Below the pieces are notes generated by a model, which saw only the letters and a list, made by a program, of their open reading frames with translations, made no database searches and had not been told where the DNA came from. A stretch of 26,088 bases of DNA from Pyrinomonadaceae bacterium (GTDB lineage Bacteria > Acidobacteriota > Blastocatellia > Pyrinomonadales > Pyrinomonadaceae), in the NCBI GenBank assembly GCA_036387415.1, contig DASVTU010000020.1:1-26088 (forward strand), in the 5' to 3' direction. Each line of letters begins with the position of its first letter. Within the stretch, counting starts at the first letter, position 1. The position numbers and the translations under genes were made by a program. Below are positions 1 through 8,396 of this stretch, one piece after another.

Positions 1-417
1 AAAGGCTTTGGGGTCGCGTTTGAACTCAGGCCAGGTGAGTTGAGACTGATGAGCGACGGCGCGGAGTTCGGAGGAGAGGCGGTGAGAGAGGCCAGCATCT
101 TCGAGCATGGTGAGGTGATATTCTTCTCTCCCTCCCTTCACGGCAAAAGCAAAAGGATTGACGGGGAGGGTTTGGGTTTCTTGAAGCAGCATGGCGTGTA
201 ACCTTTCTTGATAACTTGCCCAGTAGCTTTCGTGGGGAGATGCTATTTCGACTGCACGGTCAAAAACCGACAGAGTTTCCTTCATCGAATCGTACTGCAT
301 ACGACACTCGCGGCAATCTTCGAACTCCGACAGCAGATGCTTGTTTCGCGTCTCGTCCGCTTCGTCAAACAGTAGGTCAATCAGCTTCTCTTGCATCAAA
401 TGACAATCGTGGTGCAT
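1..417 (-). CDS. zf-HC2-type anti-sigma factor, first 139 codons only; the ORF continues past the left window edge and is absent from the ORF track because it has no in-window stop
   Basis: Hand translation of the minus strand from ATG 417..415 gives MHHDCHLMQEKLIDLLFDEADETRNKHLLSEFEDCRECRMQYDSMKETLSVFDRAV... with no in-frame stop down to position 1. The Cys/His pattern (C5, H28, C35-x2-C38) mirrors the anti-sigma at 7254..8396. It starts 11 nt after the TAG stop of the sigma gene, with the purine run gagaaagag as an RBS. Confidence 0.55.
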   Translation of the reverse strand, partial: MHHDCHLMQEKLIDLLFDEADETRNKHLLSEFEDCRECRMQYDSMKETLSVFDRAVEIASPHESYWASYQERLHAMLLQETQTLPVNPFAFAVKGGREEYHLTMLEDAGLSHRLSSELRAVAHQSQLTWPEFKRDPKAF

Positions 418-428
418 GGCTCTTTCTC

Positions 429-1055
429 CTAACTCTTCTCGCTGGCAGCGAAGGGCGCGTAGTCGTTTGCCGCGACGGGCAACGGATTGATGCCGAGATG
501 CTGACGCAATTTTACGACCGCGCGAAACAGTGCTTTCTTAATCGTGCCCGTCGAGCAGTTGAGAGCTTTAGAAATCTCTTCGTACGTCATTCCTTCACGA
601 TGTTTCAGCAAAAACATCAAACGCTCATGTGGCGTCAGTTCTCCGAGCGCCTCTATGACGCGCCCTAATAGAATCTTCGCGTGCAATCCGTCTTCTTCGT
701 CCGGCATACGCGACGTGAGCGTCGCCTGTTGGTCGAGGAGTTCGAGTTCTTCCATCCTGACGGCCTTCCGCTCGTTGCTACTCGTCATGGTCTGCTCGCG
801 TTGATGGTTGAGAAAAGCGTTGATGGTAATCTGGCGCAGCCATGTGTAGAAGCCGGACTCGCCTCTGAATTTGCCGATGCTCTTGTAAGCCCTCAACCAG
901 ACTTCCTGTGAAAGGTCTTCGGCATCGTGCGGGTGGCGACAGTAATGCAGCGCGAGACTGTAGATGCGTCGCTGATAACCCTTCGCCAATTCACAAAAAG
1001 CCTCTGTGTCGCCGTTGCGGGCGCGTGCAATCAATTCGTTTTCGGTGATGCTCAC
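429..1055 (-). CDS. ECF-type sigma-70 family RNA polymerase sigma factor (GTG start)
   Basis: 208-aa ORF. Sigma-70 region 2 (DLSQEVWLRAYKSIGKFR) and region 4 HTH (MTYEEISKALNCSTGTIKKALFRAVVKLRQHL) are recognisable. An aggga RBS sits 7-8 nt upstream of GTG 1055. Confidence 0.9.
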   Translation of the reverse strand: MSITENELIARARNGDTEAFCELAKGYQRRIYSLALHYCRHPHDAEDLSQEVWLRAYKSIGKFRGESGFYTWLRQITINAFLNHQREQTMTSSNERKAVRMEELELLDQQATLTSRMPDEEDGLHAKILLGRVIEALGELTPHERLMFLLKHREGMTYEEISKALNCSTGTIKKALFRAVVKLRQHLGINPLPVAANDYAPFAASEKS

Positions 1056-1151
1056 CTCGATTTCCCTTCGCGGCAGGTTGTTTCTATAGACACGCCCCGC
1101 GCCGATTTGGTTGGCGGCGCTCCGACGGAATTTTTCAGAAAAGATTCGCGA

Positions 1152-1197
1152 CGACGCCGAAAACGAAAACGGCGACCCAATGGTGGATCGCCGTTTT
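1152..1197 (-). terminator. rho-independent terminator candidate downstream of the SPFH gene
   Basis: 13-bp GC-rich stem (1166-1178 aaaacggcgaccc / 1185-1197 ggatcgccgtttt, one mismatch) with a 6-nt loop. On the minus strand the stem is followed by UUUUCGUUUUCGG (complement of 1152-1165). Confidence 0.55.
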
Positions 1198-1222
1198 CAG
1201 GTTCGAGAGATGGCGGACGCTC

Positions 1223-3427
1223 TTACTTGAGAGTCGCTTTCGAGCCGTTTTCTGCGCCATTGGAGGCGGGAGCAAGGCGTTCGCGGAAGAGGTTGAGAAG
1301 CAGCAATGTACCGATGCCTCCGCCGCCGTCTGCGCCGCCTCCGGTCGCCATGACATCGGGCGTGATGCGGACGTTCTTTTCGCCGATGACTTTGAGCGTC
1401 TCGACGAGCGCGACGCCCTGCGCGCCAAGCGCGTTGACCTGTTCGTGATAGGCGACGCCCTGAGCCTCGCCCATGAGACGCACCTTCTCGGCTTCGGCCT
1501 TGCCCGTAGCGAGAATGTAGTGCGCCTCGCCTTCGCCTTCGGCCTTGCGTTGCTCGGAGCGTTTGGCCGCGATTTCGACGCCGACTGTCGCCGCCATCAA
1601 GTCTTTCTGGTTGTTGGCCTGCGCCGTTATCTTTTCGAGTTGGATGCGTTTCTCCTCGGCCTCGCGTTGGGCGTCGAACATGTTCTGACGCTGTTCGGCG
1701 AGAATCTTTTCGGTCTGCGTCTTCATCAACTCGGCGGGCAGATGGATGTGGCAGATGAGCACGTTAACGACGTCGACGTGGTACTTCAAGAGATGCGCGC
1801 GGACACGTGCCTCGGCGCGTTCCTGTTCCTCATGACGATTTTGCAGATAGGCCATCGCGGAGGATTCCGATGCCTGATTGCGGAAAATCGAGTCGATAAG
1901 CGGATGCATCACGTTCTGGATGAGCTTATCAATCGAGCCGATTTTGGCGACCATGAAGGGCGCGTCTTCGGGTTTGACGCGGAAGACGACGCGCACTTCG
2001 AGTTGCATGGTGAAGCCGTCTTTCGAGATGACCTCGAAGGGATTGAAGGTGTCGGAGGCATCGCCAGTCGTCCATTCGACGGTCTGGTTGGTGGTCGGAA
2101 TGACGATGGGCGTGATTGCCAAAGTGTTGACGTAGTAGCGACCGGGGCCGACGACCGTCTCCTGAATCCCGCGAAATCCTTCGGGCACGACGTAGGCTTC
2201 GTGCGCGCCTTCGTCGAGGCGTCGGTCGGCGGGGTCGCCGGAGAGAAGGTCTTCTTGAATCTCTGAGACGTTGCGCGTTTCGTCGCCTAGTTTATCCAGA
2301 CGCGCGGCGGCTTGTTCGACGTGTTCCTGTTCCTCGCGTTCCATCCGTTCGCGCACTTTCGCCGCCATCGAACGTCGCACTTCTTCGCCGGGGTCTTTGC
2401 CGATGTTGGAGACAATCACGGCGACCTCGCCGGGCTTCACTTCCTTCGCCGTCTCAGGGATAACTTTGAAGACGAGCGGATTGATGTAGTAAGTGCCGGG
2501 GAGGAGGATGTCCTTCTGCGGGCCGCGCTGGCCGCCGCGACTGATGAACTCGTTGCAATCCTGAAAGTTGTCGTGGCCTTCGATGGGCGTGGCGACGTAG
2601 TCGCGCGGGTCGAGCGGCGCGCCGTCGAGGGCTTCGACGAGGCCGATGGCGTTTTCGCTAATCACCGTCGCGTCGTAGAACCTCACCATAAAGAGGCCGG
2701 GCTTCGGTTCGTTGGAACCGTCGAGCGGCGTCGAAGCGGTCAGGATGCGATAGGTTCCGGGCGTCAGTATTTCGACCTGCGGGCCTTTTTGTCCGCCGGA
2801 GGCGATGAACTGTTCGGCATCCTGAAAATTACGATGGCCGTCGATGGCTTTACCGTGGAGGCGTCCGGCGTCGAGCGGTGCGCCGTCGGCTACCGAGACG
2901 ATGCCGACTTTGCCCTGCGGCACAATCGTCGCCTTCGCAATCGAGACGCGAAACAGATATGGGTGAATCGGCCAGAGTCCGGGCGGGAGCGTGCGGAGTT
3001 GGATGCCTTTGACGCCGCCGCGTTTGATAAACGCGATGGGGTCTTGGAAGTTGTTGTGCGCGTTTTCGGCGCGGTCGGGCGCAAAGATTCTGCCGGGCGG
3101 CATCGGTTCGCCGTCAACCGCTTCGATGATGCCGAGTTCGTCCGAGCCGATAACGATGAGGGGGACTTTTCGCACCACGCGCTCGAAGGGAAACTTGATG
3201 AAGTGGAGACCGGGCTTCAAGACATCAGCCTGGATACCGACTTCGCCTTCGGTGGCGACCACTCTGCCGGGAGGCATCTTCGCGCCGAGATAACGCCGTT
3301 CTTTAATCGCAATCTCTTGCGCGCCGACGTTGACGAGCACGCGGCTCAGGATGAAGACCAAAAGGATGAACGCAATCCCCAACACAACTAAGTAGGGGGC
3401 GTAATTAGCGAGTGTGTCGATGTCCAT
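1223..3427 (-). CDS. SPFH/band-7 (flotillin/YqiK-like) membrane protein, 734 aa, with an N-terminal TM helix and three internal ~78-aa repeats ahead of the SPFH core
   Basis: N-terminal hydrophobic helix YLVVLGIAFILLVFILSRVLV. SPFH-like core at about aa 440-620, followed by the Ala/Glu/Lys/Gln-rich coiled coil typical of flotillins (EQRQNMFDAQREAEEKRIQLEKITAQANNQKD...AEAEKVRLMGEAQG). A gagga RBS precedes ATG 3427. Confidence 0.85.
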   Translation of the reverse strand: MDIDTLANYAPYLVVLGIAFILLVFILSRVLVNVGAQEIAIKERRYLGAKMPPGRVVATEGEVGIQADVLKPGLHFIKFPFERVVRKVPLIVIGSDELGIIEAVDGEPMPPGRIFAPDRAENAHNNFQDPIAFIKRGGVKGIQLRTLPPGLWPIHPYLFRVSIAKATIVPQGKVGIVSVADGAPLDAGRLHGKAIDGHRNFQDAEQFIASGGQKGPQVEILTPGTYRILTASTPLDGSNEPKPGLFMVRFYDATVISENAIGLVEALDGAPLDPRDYVATPIEGHDNFQDCNEFISRGGQRGPQKDILLPGTYYINPLVFKVIPETAKEVKPGEVAVIVSNIGKDPGEEVRRSMAAKVRERMEREEQEHVEQAAARLDKLGDETRNVSEIQEDLLSGDPADRRLDEGAHEAYVVPEGFRGIQETVVGPGRYYVNTLAITPIVIPTTNQTVEWTTGDASDTFNPFEVISKDGFTMQLEVRVVFRVKPEDAPFMVAKIGSIDKLIQNVMHPLIDSIFRNQASESSAMAYLQNRHEEQERAEARVRAHLLKYHVDVVNVLICHIHLPAELMKTQTEKILAEQRQNMFDAQREAEEKRIQLEKITAQANNQKDLMAATVGVEIAAKRSEQRKAEGEGEAHYILATGKAEAEKVRLMGEAQGVAYHEQVNALGAQGVALVETLKVIGEKNVRITPDVMATGGGADGGGGIGTLLLLNLFRERLAPASNGAENGSKATLK

Positions 3428-3453
3428 AATTTTCCTCGTAGGAAGTTTCGGGT

Positions 3454-4245
3454 TCAGGGAGTTTCAGGAGAGTTTTGTTGTGCGCCGCGTGCATCCGTTT
3501 GCAATTGACGGCGCACGTCGACAAGTTTTTGTTTCAAGACGAAGCCCGCGCCCGCACGCCGCGCATCGTCTGCGAGCACCCAGTATTCGGCGTCGAACAG
3601 GGCGCGAAGCTCTTTTTCCGACACGCCGGATAAGTCGCCTCTGCGCCAGCCGTCGAAGACCATTTCGACTACTTGTTGATACACAGTCGCATCATTCGTT
3701 AGTGCAGCGACGTGAAGCAGTCGGGCTGTCGAGGCGGCGTCGGGAGCATTGTGCCAATTTTCAGACATCGCCAAAACGAGCGACTCGTTGGCGCGTAGTT
3801 CGCGATTCTCGACGACGAAGCGAGCGAGGCGATTAACACCATCTTCGGAACCGAGCGCCGCGCCAACCAGATTGTTCAAGACATCTTCATACAACGCGCC
3901 ATCTCCGCTCCGGTGCGCGTCGCGCAGGGCTGTCTCGTCTCCGACGGTCGCACGCGCTTCAAGAGAGGCACGGTGTTGTTGTTCGAGTTCCAGACGGACA
4001 GTGTCGTTGTGGCTCTGCGTGTGGCCGAAATCGTCGCCTGATGTGTCGCCGAAAAGATTGGCCGGACGTGTCGGCAGCAGCCCGTAATAGGTTTCTCTGC
4101 GAGACGAGGAGCGTTTCGTCCGAATGATGGCGTAGGAGGCGAAAGCGAGTAAGAAAATCGAAATAATGAGAATGGCGGTCACGTTTTGACGCCTGGCGCT
4201 CTGTCCTTGCGGCGACCTCGCCGCGTCCCGTAGAGCGTCCTGCAT
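3454..4245 (-). CDS. hypothetical single-pass membrane protein (263 aa), probably co-transcribed with the SPFH gene 26 bp downstream
   Basis: One predicted TM segment (VTAILIISIFLLAFASYAII) near the N-terminus and no recognisable domain. Its position matches the small membrane partner genes found upstream of bacterial flotillin genes such as yqiJ-yqiK. Confidence 0.5.
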   Translation of the reverse strand: MQDALRDAARSPQGQSARRQNVTAILIISIFLLAFASYAIIRTKRSSSRRETYYGLLPTRPANLFGDTSGDDFGHTQSHNDTVRLELEQQHRASLEARATVGDETALRDAHRSGDGALYEDVLNNLVGAALGSEDGVNRLARFVVENRELRANESLVLAMSENWHNAPDAASTARLLHVAALTNDATVYQQVVEMVFDGWRRGDLSGVSEKELRALFDAEYWVLADDARRAGAGFVLKQKLVDVRRQLQTDARGAQQNSPETP

Positions 4246-4249
4246 TCGT

Positions 4250-4255
4250 ATTATA
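4250..4255 (-). promoter_or_regulatory. perfect TATAAT -10 hexamer 4 nt upstream of the ATG of 3454..4245 (leaderless or very-short-leader transcript candidate)
   Basis: The minus strand reads tcgcgTATAATacgaATG. There is no Shine-Dalgarno between the hexamer and the ATG. A -35 is not evident. Confidence 0.3.
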
Positions 4256-4321
4256 CGCGAAGCCTGCGGGAAAGTTTATAAAATCGTATCGACGCCAATG
4301 CATGGAAAAGTGAGGAAAAGG

Positions 4322-4381
4322 GCGAAAAGGCGAAACGTGTAAGGGTCGGTTTACTACCCCTTCCACGTTTCACCTTTTCGC
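4322..4381 (-). terminator. long imperfect hairpin (about 24-bp stem, 11-nt loop) immediately 3' of HEAT gene 4404..5576; terminator candidate
   Basis: 4322-4345 gcgaaaaggcgaaacgtgtaaggg pairs with 4357-4381 ccccttccacgtttcaccttttcgc (2 mismatches). A U/pyrimidine-rich run follows on the minus strand (complement of 4301-4321) and a T-run on the plus strand (4382-4406). Confidence 0.45.
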
Positions 4382-4403
4382 TTTCTTTCGTCTCGTCGGT
4401 TTT

Positions 4404-5576
4404 TTACTTCGACAAAATTTCTTTGAAGAATTCGAGTGCGCGTGGGTCGCCGGTTCTGCCGAGTTGTTGAAAGGCCTGTTTGCGGACTTCGGGTTTGCGA
4501 TGCGTGCGCGCGAGGTTTATGAGGAGCGGCACGGCTTCGTCTTTCGGGCGGCGACTGAGGGCGACGACGGCTTGCTTCTGCACTTCTGTCTCGGCGTCCG
4601 CTGCGCCGCTCGCATCGGCACGCGCGCCGAGTGCGTGTTCGCTCGCTTTGTCGCCGAGATAGGAGATTGCCTTCTTGCTTAAATCGCCGCCGTCGGTCGA
4701 GGCAACTTTGATGAGGAAGTTGGAGGCATCGCGCGTGTTGTTGTTGCGTGCGGTGGCGCGGAGAATGTTTTCTTTCAAATTGCGCGCGGTGATTGTGCCA
4801 TAGAGACTGATGAGCGTGGGCAACGTGGAAGCATCACGGCTTCGACCGTAAGCCGAAATCGCGTAACGACGAACTTCCTGACTCTCCGATTCGTTACGCA
4901 CCAAATCAGCCAGAAACGCCTGTCGCGCCGGACTCAACTGCGTGTGTCCCAACCATTGAATCGCCTGCGTCCGCACGTTTTCGACGTTGGACGTGCGCGC
5001 GATGTTTTCCAGAATGTCTCCGGTGCGGCGGTCGTCGTGGAGCGCGATGGCGCGCGTCGTGTCCCGCGCCAACTCGCTCCACTGGCTGCCATCGACGAGG
5101 CTGCGAAGAAGTGTCAGGCTCTCTTCGTTGGCCGCGCGTCCGAGCCAGTAGACGGGATAGCCGCTGTATTCGCGTCGGCGTTCGAGGTTGAAGACTTCGA
5201 CGCGCACGACCCTTTCCGATTCGCGCAGGAGGAAGACGCCGAGATTGCGCGTCTCGAAGGTTGAGCCGATGGACGAAACCGCATCGCCGCCGAACATATT
5301 TATCTCATCGAAATGGATATTTCCGTTGAGGACGAAGACTCCGTTGTCGCCGACCATTTCAAAGTCGATTGCCACGCCCGGTCGCACATCGAACGAGTAG
5401 GCCGTCCAGAAGCGTTGCGTCGGCGCGGCGGTTCTCGCCTGTCTCACGGCGGCGTCAATCTTGGCCTGTAGGTTCGCGCCTTCGACCGGAACGAAACTTC
5501 TGTTCTGCGCGATGATGACGACTGAGGAAACGACCAAAACCACTACGACCGACGCCAACAAATTCAATTTACGCAT
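4404..5576 (-). CDS. secreted HEAT-repeat (PBS-lyase-like) protein with an unassigned ~170-aa N-terminal domain; start ATG 5576 (track start 5657 is over-extended)
   Basis: An aaggag RBS lies 8 nt before ATG 5576. Signal peptide MRKLNLLASVVVVLVVSSVVIIAQ. C-terminal HEAT-like units (EVRRYAISAYGRSRDASTLPTLISL; EVRKQAFQQLGRTGDPRALEFFKEIL). Confidence 0.75.
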   Translation of the reverse strand: MRKLNLLASVVVVLVVSSVVIIAQNRSFVPVEGANLQAKIDAAVRQARTAAPTQRFWTAYSFDVRPGVAIDFEMVGDNGVFVLNGNIHFDEINMFGGDAVSSIGSTFETRNLGVFLLRESERVVRVEVFNLERRREYSGYPVYWLGRAANEESLTLLRSLVDGSQWSELARDTTRAIALHDDRRTGDILENIARTSNVENVRTQAIQWLGHTQLSPARQAFLADLVRNESESQEVRRYAISAYGRSRDASTLPTLISLYGTITARNLKENILRATARNNNTRDASNFLIKVASTDGGDLSKKAISYLGDKASEHALGARADASGAADAETEVQKQAVVALSRRPKDEAVPLLINLARTHRKPEVRKQAFQQLGRTGDPRALEFFKEILSK

Positions 5577-5812
5577 CTTGCCAAACTCCTTTGCCTGACC
5601 GGGCGGACGCGCCCGTCGGTTCTTGTTCGACTGCTCGCCGGGCAAGACTCGTCCCACCCCGTCGCGGAGGAGACGAGTGTTGCCGGCAATAGTTATCTGT
5701 ATGTTTGCTCTGGCGGTTGGCGGAGCGTCGGGCGCGTGCGATTGTCGCCGCTCAAACGCTCCGGTTTAAGAATCGAGACTTCGACCCGTCGGCCTGTCGG
5801 TCGCTGCCACTG

Positions 5813-7165
5813 TCAGCGCAGTATGTCTTCGAGGAAGCGGAGCACTTCGGGGTCTTTGCTGCGGCTGAGGTTTTGGATGGCTTTCTTGCGACGTTCAACG
5901 GGCGCATTGCTTCGCACGATTTCCATCAACTTCTGCGAGGCGCGTCGGTTCTGATACTGGCCGATGGCTTCGAGAATGAAATCCTTGAGTTCATCGTCGC
6001 GCTCGGCATCGTAGAGCGGCAGAAGGATGTCGAGGTCTTGTTCGTCGTTGCGATGCGGGATGGCGCGGATGGCCTGCGCGCGCAGTTCGACCGCCGCTCC
6101 GCTCCGCGCAATATCGGCGAGGCGCGCGATGGCGCGCGGACTCTTGCGATTGCCCAGTCCTTCGAGCACTTTCTTTCTGAGTTCGATGTTCTGGTCAGCG
6201 TCGTAGATTCTGAACAGTTCATCAACCACCTCTTCGCCCTTGCGCTGAGCCAGAAGATAGACGGCGTGTTTGCGCGCTTCGATGTTCGGGGAAGAGACCG
6301 CGACCTGTCCCATAATCTGTACGGCGCGCGGGCTGTCGTGTTGCGCGAGCGCGTGGAGGGCTGTGTCTACGGGGTCGTAGTCTGCGAATTGGTTTCGCAT
6401 CGCCTGTTCGCGCAGGGGTTCGAGCACGCTCTCGTCTTCGTAGCGTCCGAGCGCGGCAATCGCTTTGACGCGGAGTTTTTCGTCAGGCTCGCTGCGCGAC
6501 ATCTGGATGAGCAATGGCAGCGCATCACTGCCGCCGTATCTTCCGAGAAGCGTGATGGACGCTTCCTTCAAGCCGAGCGGTGCACGCGAACCCGACTTCA
6601 AAACATCGCCGACGAGCGAAGTGCAACGCTGCTGCTCGCTCTGGCAGATACTCTGCAAAGCGATGATTTTAATCTCGATGTCGGCCTCTTTGGCGGCATT
6701 TTCGGCAATCTGCGGGTCGAGCGCGGCGGCCATTTCAACCCGCAGTTTCCTGCCTTCTTTCGCCCAGGACGAGTTGGGATAACTGGTGATTAAACGTCCG
6801 AGCGCGTTGTCGGCCTCACGAAACTTGTTCTGTTTCTTGTAGGCGAAGGCGAGCCAGTAGTACGCGGCATCGACGTTTTTGTCGCTTGGATAATCGGCGA
6901 TGAAACGACTGAAACGGCTTGCTGCTCCCGCCCATTTCTCCTCGGCAACGAGGTCGCGGCCTTCGGTAAACGCCTTCAACGCCGCGTCGGATGCGCCTGC
7001 GGACGACTGGACGAGACGACTGAGCAGTTCGGATTCCTGCGCGTAGGTCGATGTTGTCGCGGCGAACATGGAGAGCAGCCAGATGAGCAACACCGCGCGT
7101 CGTGCGAGGAGACGGAGGGGACGGTTGTTTGGCGTTTGAACGCGCGTGGATAATGTGTGCAACAT
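5813..7165 (-). CDS. secreted TPR + HEAT-repeat protein (450 aa) whose C-terminus is paralogous to that of 4404..5576
   Basis: Signal peptide. YbgF-like TPR segment AAYYWLAFAYKKQNKFREADNALGRLITSYPNSSWAKEG. At least five HEAT-like units (LRVKAIAALGRY, ARKHAVYLLAQR, LRKKVLEGLGNR, LRAQAIRAIPHR, RRKKAIQNLSRSKDPEVLRFLEDIL). An agga RBS precedes ATG 7165. Confidence 0.8.
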   Translation of the reverse strand: MLHTLSTRVQTPNNRPLRLLARRAVLLIWLLSMFAATTSTYAQESELLSRLVQSSAGASDAALKAFTEGRDLVAEEKWAGAASRFSRFIADYPSDKNVDAAYYWLAFAYKKQNKFREADNALGRLITSYPNSSWAKEGRKLRVEMAAALDPQIAENAAKEADIEIKIIALQSICQSEQQRCTSLVGDVLKSGSRAPLGLKEASITLLGRYGGSDALPLLIQMSRSEPDEKLRVKAIAALGRYEDESVLEPLREQAMRNQFADYDPVDTALHALAQHDSPRAVQIMGQVAVSSPNIEARKHAVYLLAQRKGEEVVDELFRIYDADQNIELRKKVLEGLGNRKSPRAIARLADIARSGAAVELRAQAIRAIPHRNDEQDLDILLPLYDAERDDELKDFILEAIGQYQNRRASQKLMEIVRSNAPVERRKKAIQNLSRSKDPEVLRFLEDILR

Positions 7166-7253
7166 AATTTTTATCCTGAGAATGATTTCAAACTCGTAGC
7201 TTTTACTGACGCCGCGACGGCTTCTCTCGATGCTTCAATCCTCTTCCAGTGCA

Positions 7254-8396
7254 TCAATCGTAGACTTCGAGCGCCGCCATGATTTCCATCTTTCGCATGC
7301 GTTCTTTGATTGAACGCACGTCTTCTTTAGAGGGGTTGTCTTCCAGATTGGCGATGTCGAGCAGGAGCGGCTCGATGGTGCTCAAGAGTTGGCGCGCGGG
7401 AAGGTTTCTGGATTTCCCGCCGTCGCTCCGCAACAGAACATTTTCGTTCAGCAGTTCTCTTGAGAGACGCTTTTCGTAGGCCACGTCGCTGCGGGATGCA
7501 TCATCGCCTTCTTCGGGAGGCCGCGCGTTGCGAAACGAGCGCAACAGCAGTTGCGTCTTCTGGATATGGCGCACGACTTCCACTTCGTCCGCGTCAAGGA
7601 GTCGCGTGTGCGCCAACTCGTCGTCGCCGCCGACGACGGAAATCCCCTCACGACGGACGCGTGTGTCGGGCAGCGACGTGAGCGCAAAATCCACGGCGGC
7701 GGGATGGTCGTCGCGATAAGCCGCACGCGCGGCAGTATCTTCATGTGCAACACCTGTATCGGCGGCAGGATTCGGTTGTTTCCTCTCTCCCGACCTTCGA
7801 CGCTCGTCTCCAACCTTCACGACATTGATGCGGAAGCCGAAATCGGTCTTATCTTCGATAGCCTTGTTCGTCGCGACATCTTCAGGCGAAACCACGTTCG
7901 CGGGTGTCGCCGTCGTAGGCGAAGATGGTGCGGGAGCGGCGCTGTTCTCCGTCGCGGTTTGCTGTGCGATGTCGTTTTGCGTTGGAGTGACTGCGGAGTT
8001 GTGACGCCAGATGAGAGCCGCTGCGAGCGACACGGCGACGAGCGCGAGCGCGGTGGCAAGCGCGGGACTCAGACGCGGCAGAACATCAAAGAGAGCGCCG
8101 AAGCGTTCGCGGAGTTTGGCGGTGAAAGGCACGACGGAGGCGTGCGCGTTGGACGACGCGGCGGGGTCGTCGTTCCCTTCTTCGATGCTGGTTTGAATGG
8201 CTTGCCAGAGCGCGGGCGTCACTTCCAGTTCGCGATGGTATTGCGTGTAGAGTTGCTGCTCGCAGCCGAGCGCATCGAAGGCCGCCGCGCAGTCGGCGCA
8301 GACGGAGACGTGCGTCGAGATGTGTTCGCTAGTCTGTTCGTCTAGCTCGCCGTCGAAAAATTCTTCGATGAGCGGCAAGCATTCATCGCATTTCAT
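7254..8396 (-). CDS. zf-HC2 anti-sigma factor with a central TM helix and ~250-aa C-terminal extracytoplasmic region
   Basis: N-terminus MKCDECLPLIEEFFDGELDEQTSEHISTHVSVCADCAAAF (C-x2-C ... H ... C-x2-C). TM segment LSPALATALALVAVSLAAALIW. Its ATG overlaps the sigma stop as TAATG. Confidence 0.85.
   Translation of the reverse strand: MKCDECLPLIEEFFDGELDEQTSEHISTHVSVCADCAAAFDALGCEQQLYTQYHRELEVTPALWQAIQTSIEEGNDDPAASSNAHASVVPFTAKLRERFGALFDVLPRLSPALATALALVAVSLAAALIWRHNSAVTPTQNDIAQQTATENSAAPAPSSPTTATPANVVSPEDVATNKAIEDKTDFGFRINVVKVGDERRRSGERKQPNPAADTGVAHEDTAARAAYRDDHPAAVDFALTSLPDTRVRREGISVVGGDDELAHTRLLDADEVEVVRHIQKTQLLLRSFRNARPPEEGDDASRSDVAYEKRLSRELLNENVLLRSDGGKSRNLPARQLLSTIEPLLLDIANLEDNPSKEDVRSIKERMRKMEIMAALEVYD

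Noticed and set aside
216-668. 150-aa plus-strand ORF (TTG start) overlapping the sigma/anti-sigma junction
   Set aside because: It is antisense to two well-supported minus-strand genes, has a TTG start with no RBS, and is Arg/Ser-rich as is typical of a high-GC antisense frame.
2312-3391. 359-aa plus-strand ORF and several shorter ORFs inside the SPFH gene
   Set aside because: Entirely antisense to the 734-aa SPFH CDS. Composition is Arg/Asp/Gly-rich, there are no domain features, and it is a typical shadow ORF.
5705-6793. 362-aa plus-strand ORF
   Set aside because: Antisense shadow of the TPR/HEAT gene 5813..7165, with no motifs.
7551-8345. 264-aa plus-strand ORF and other ORFs inside the anti-sigma gene
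   Set aside because: Antisense to the zf-HC2 anti-sigma CDS and Arg-rich noise.
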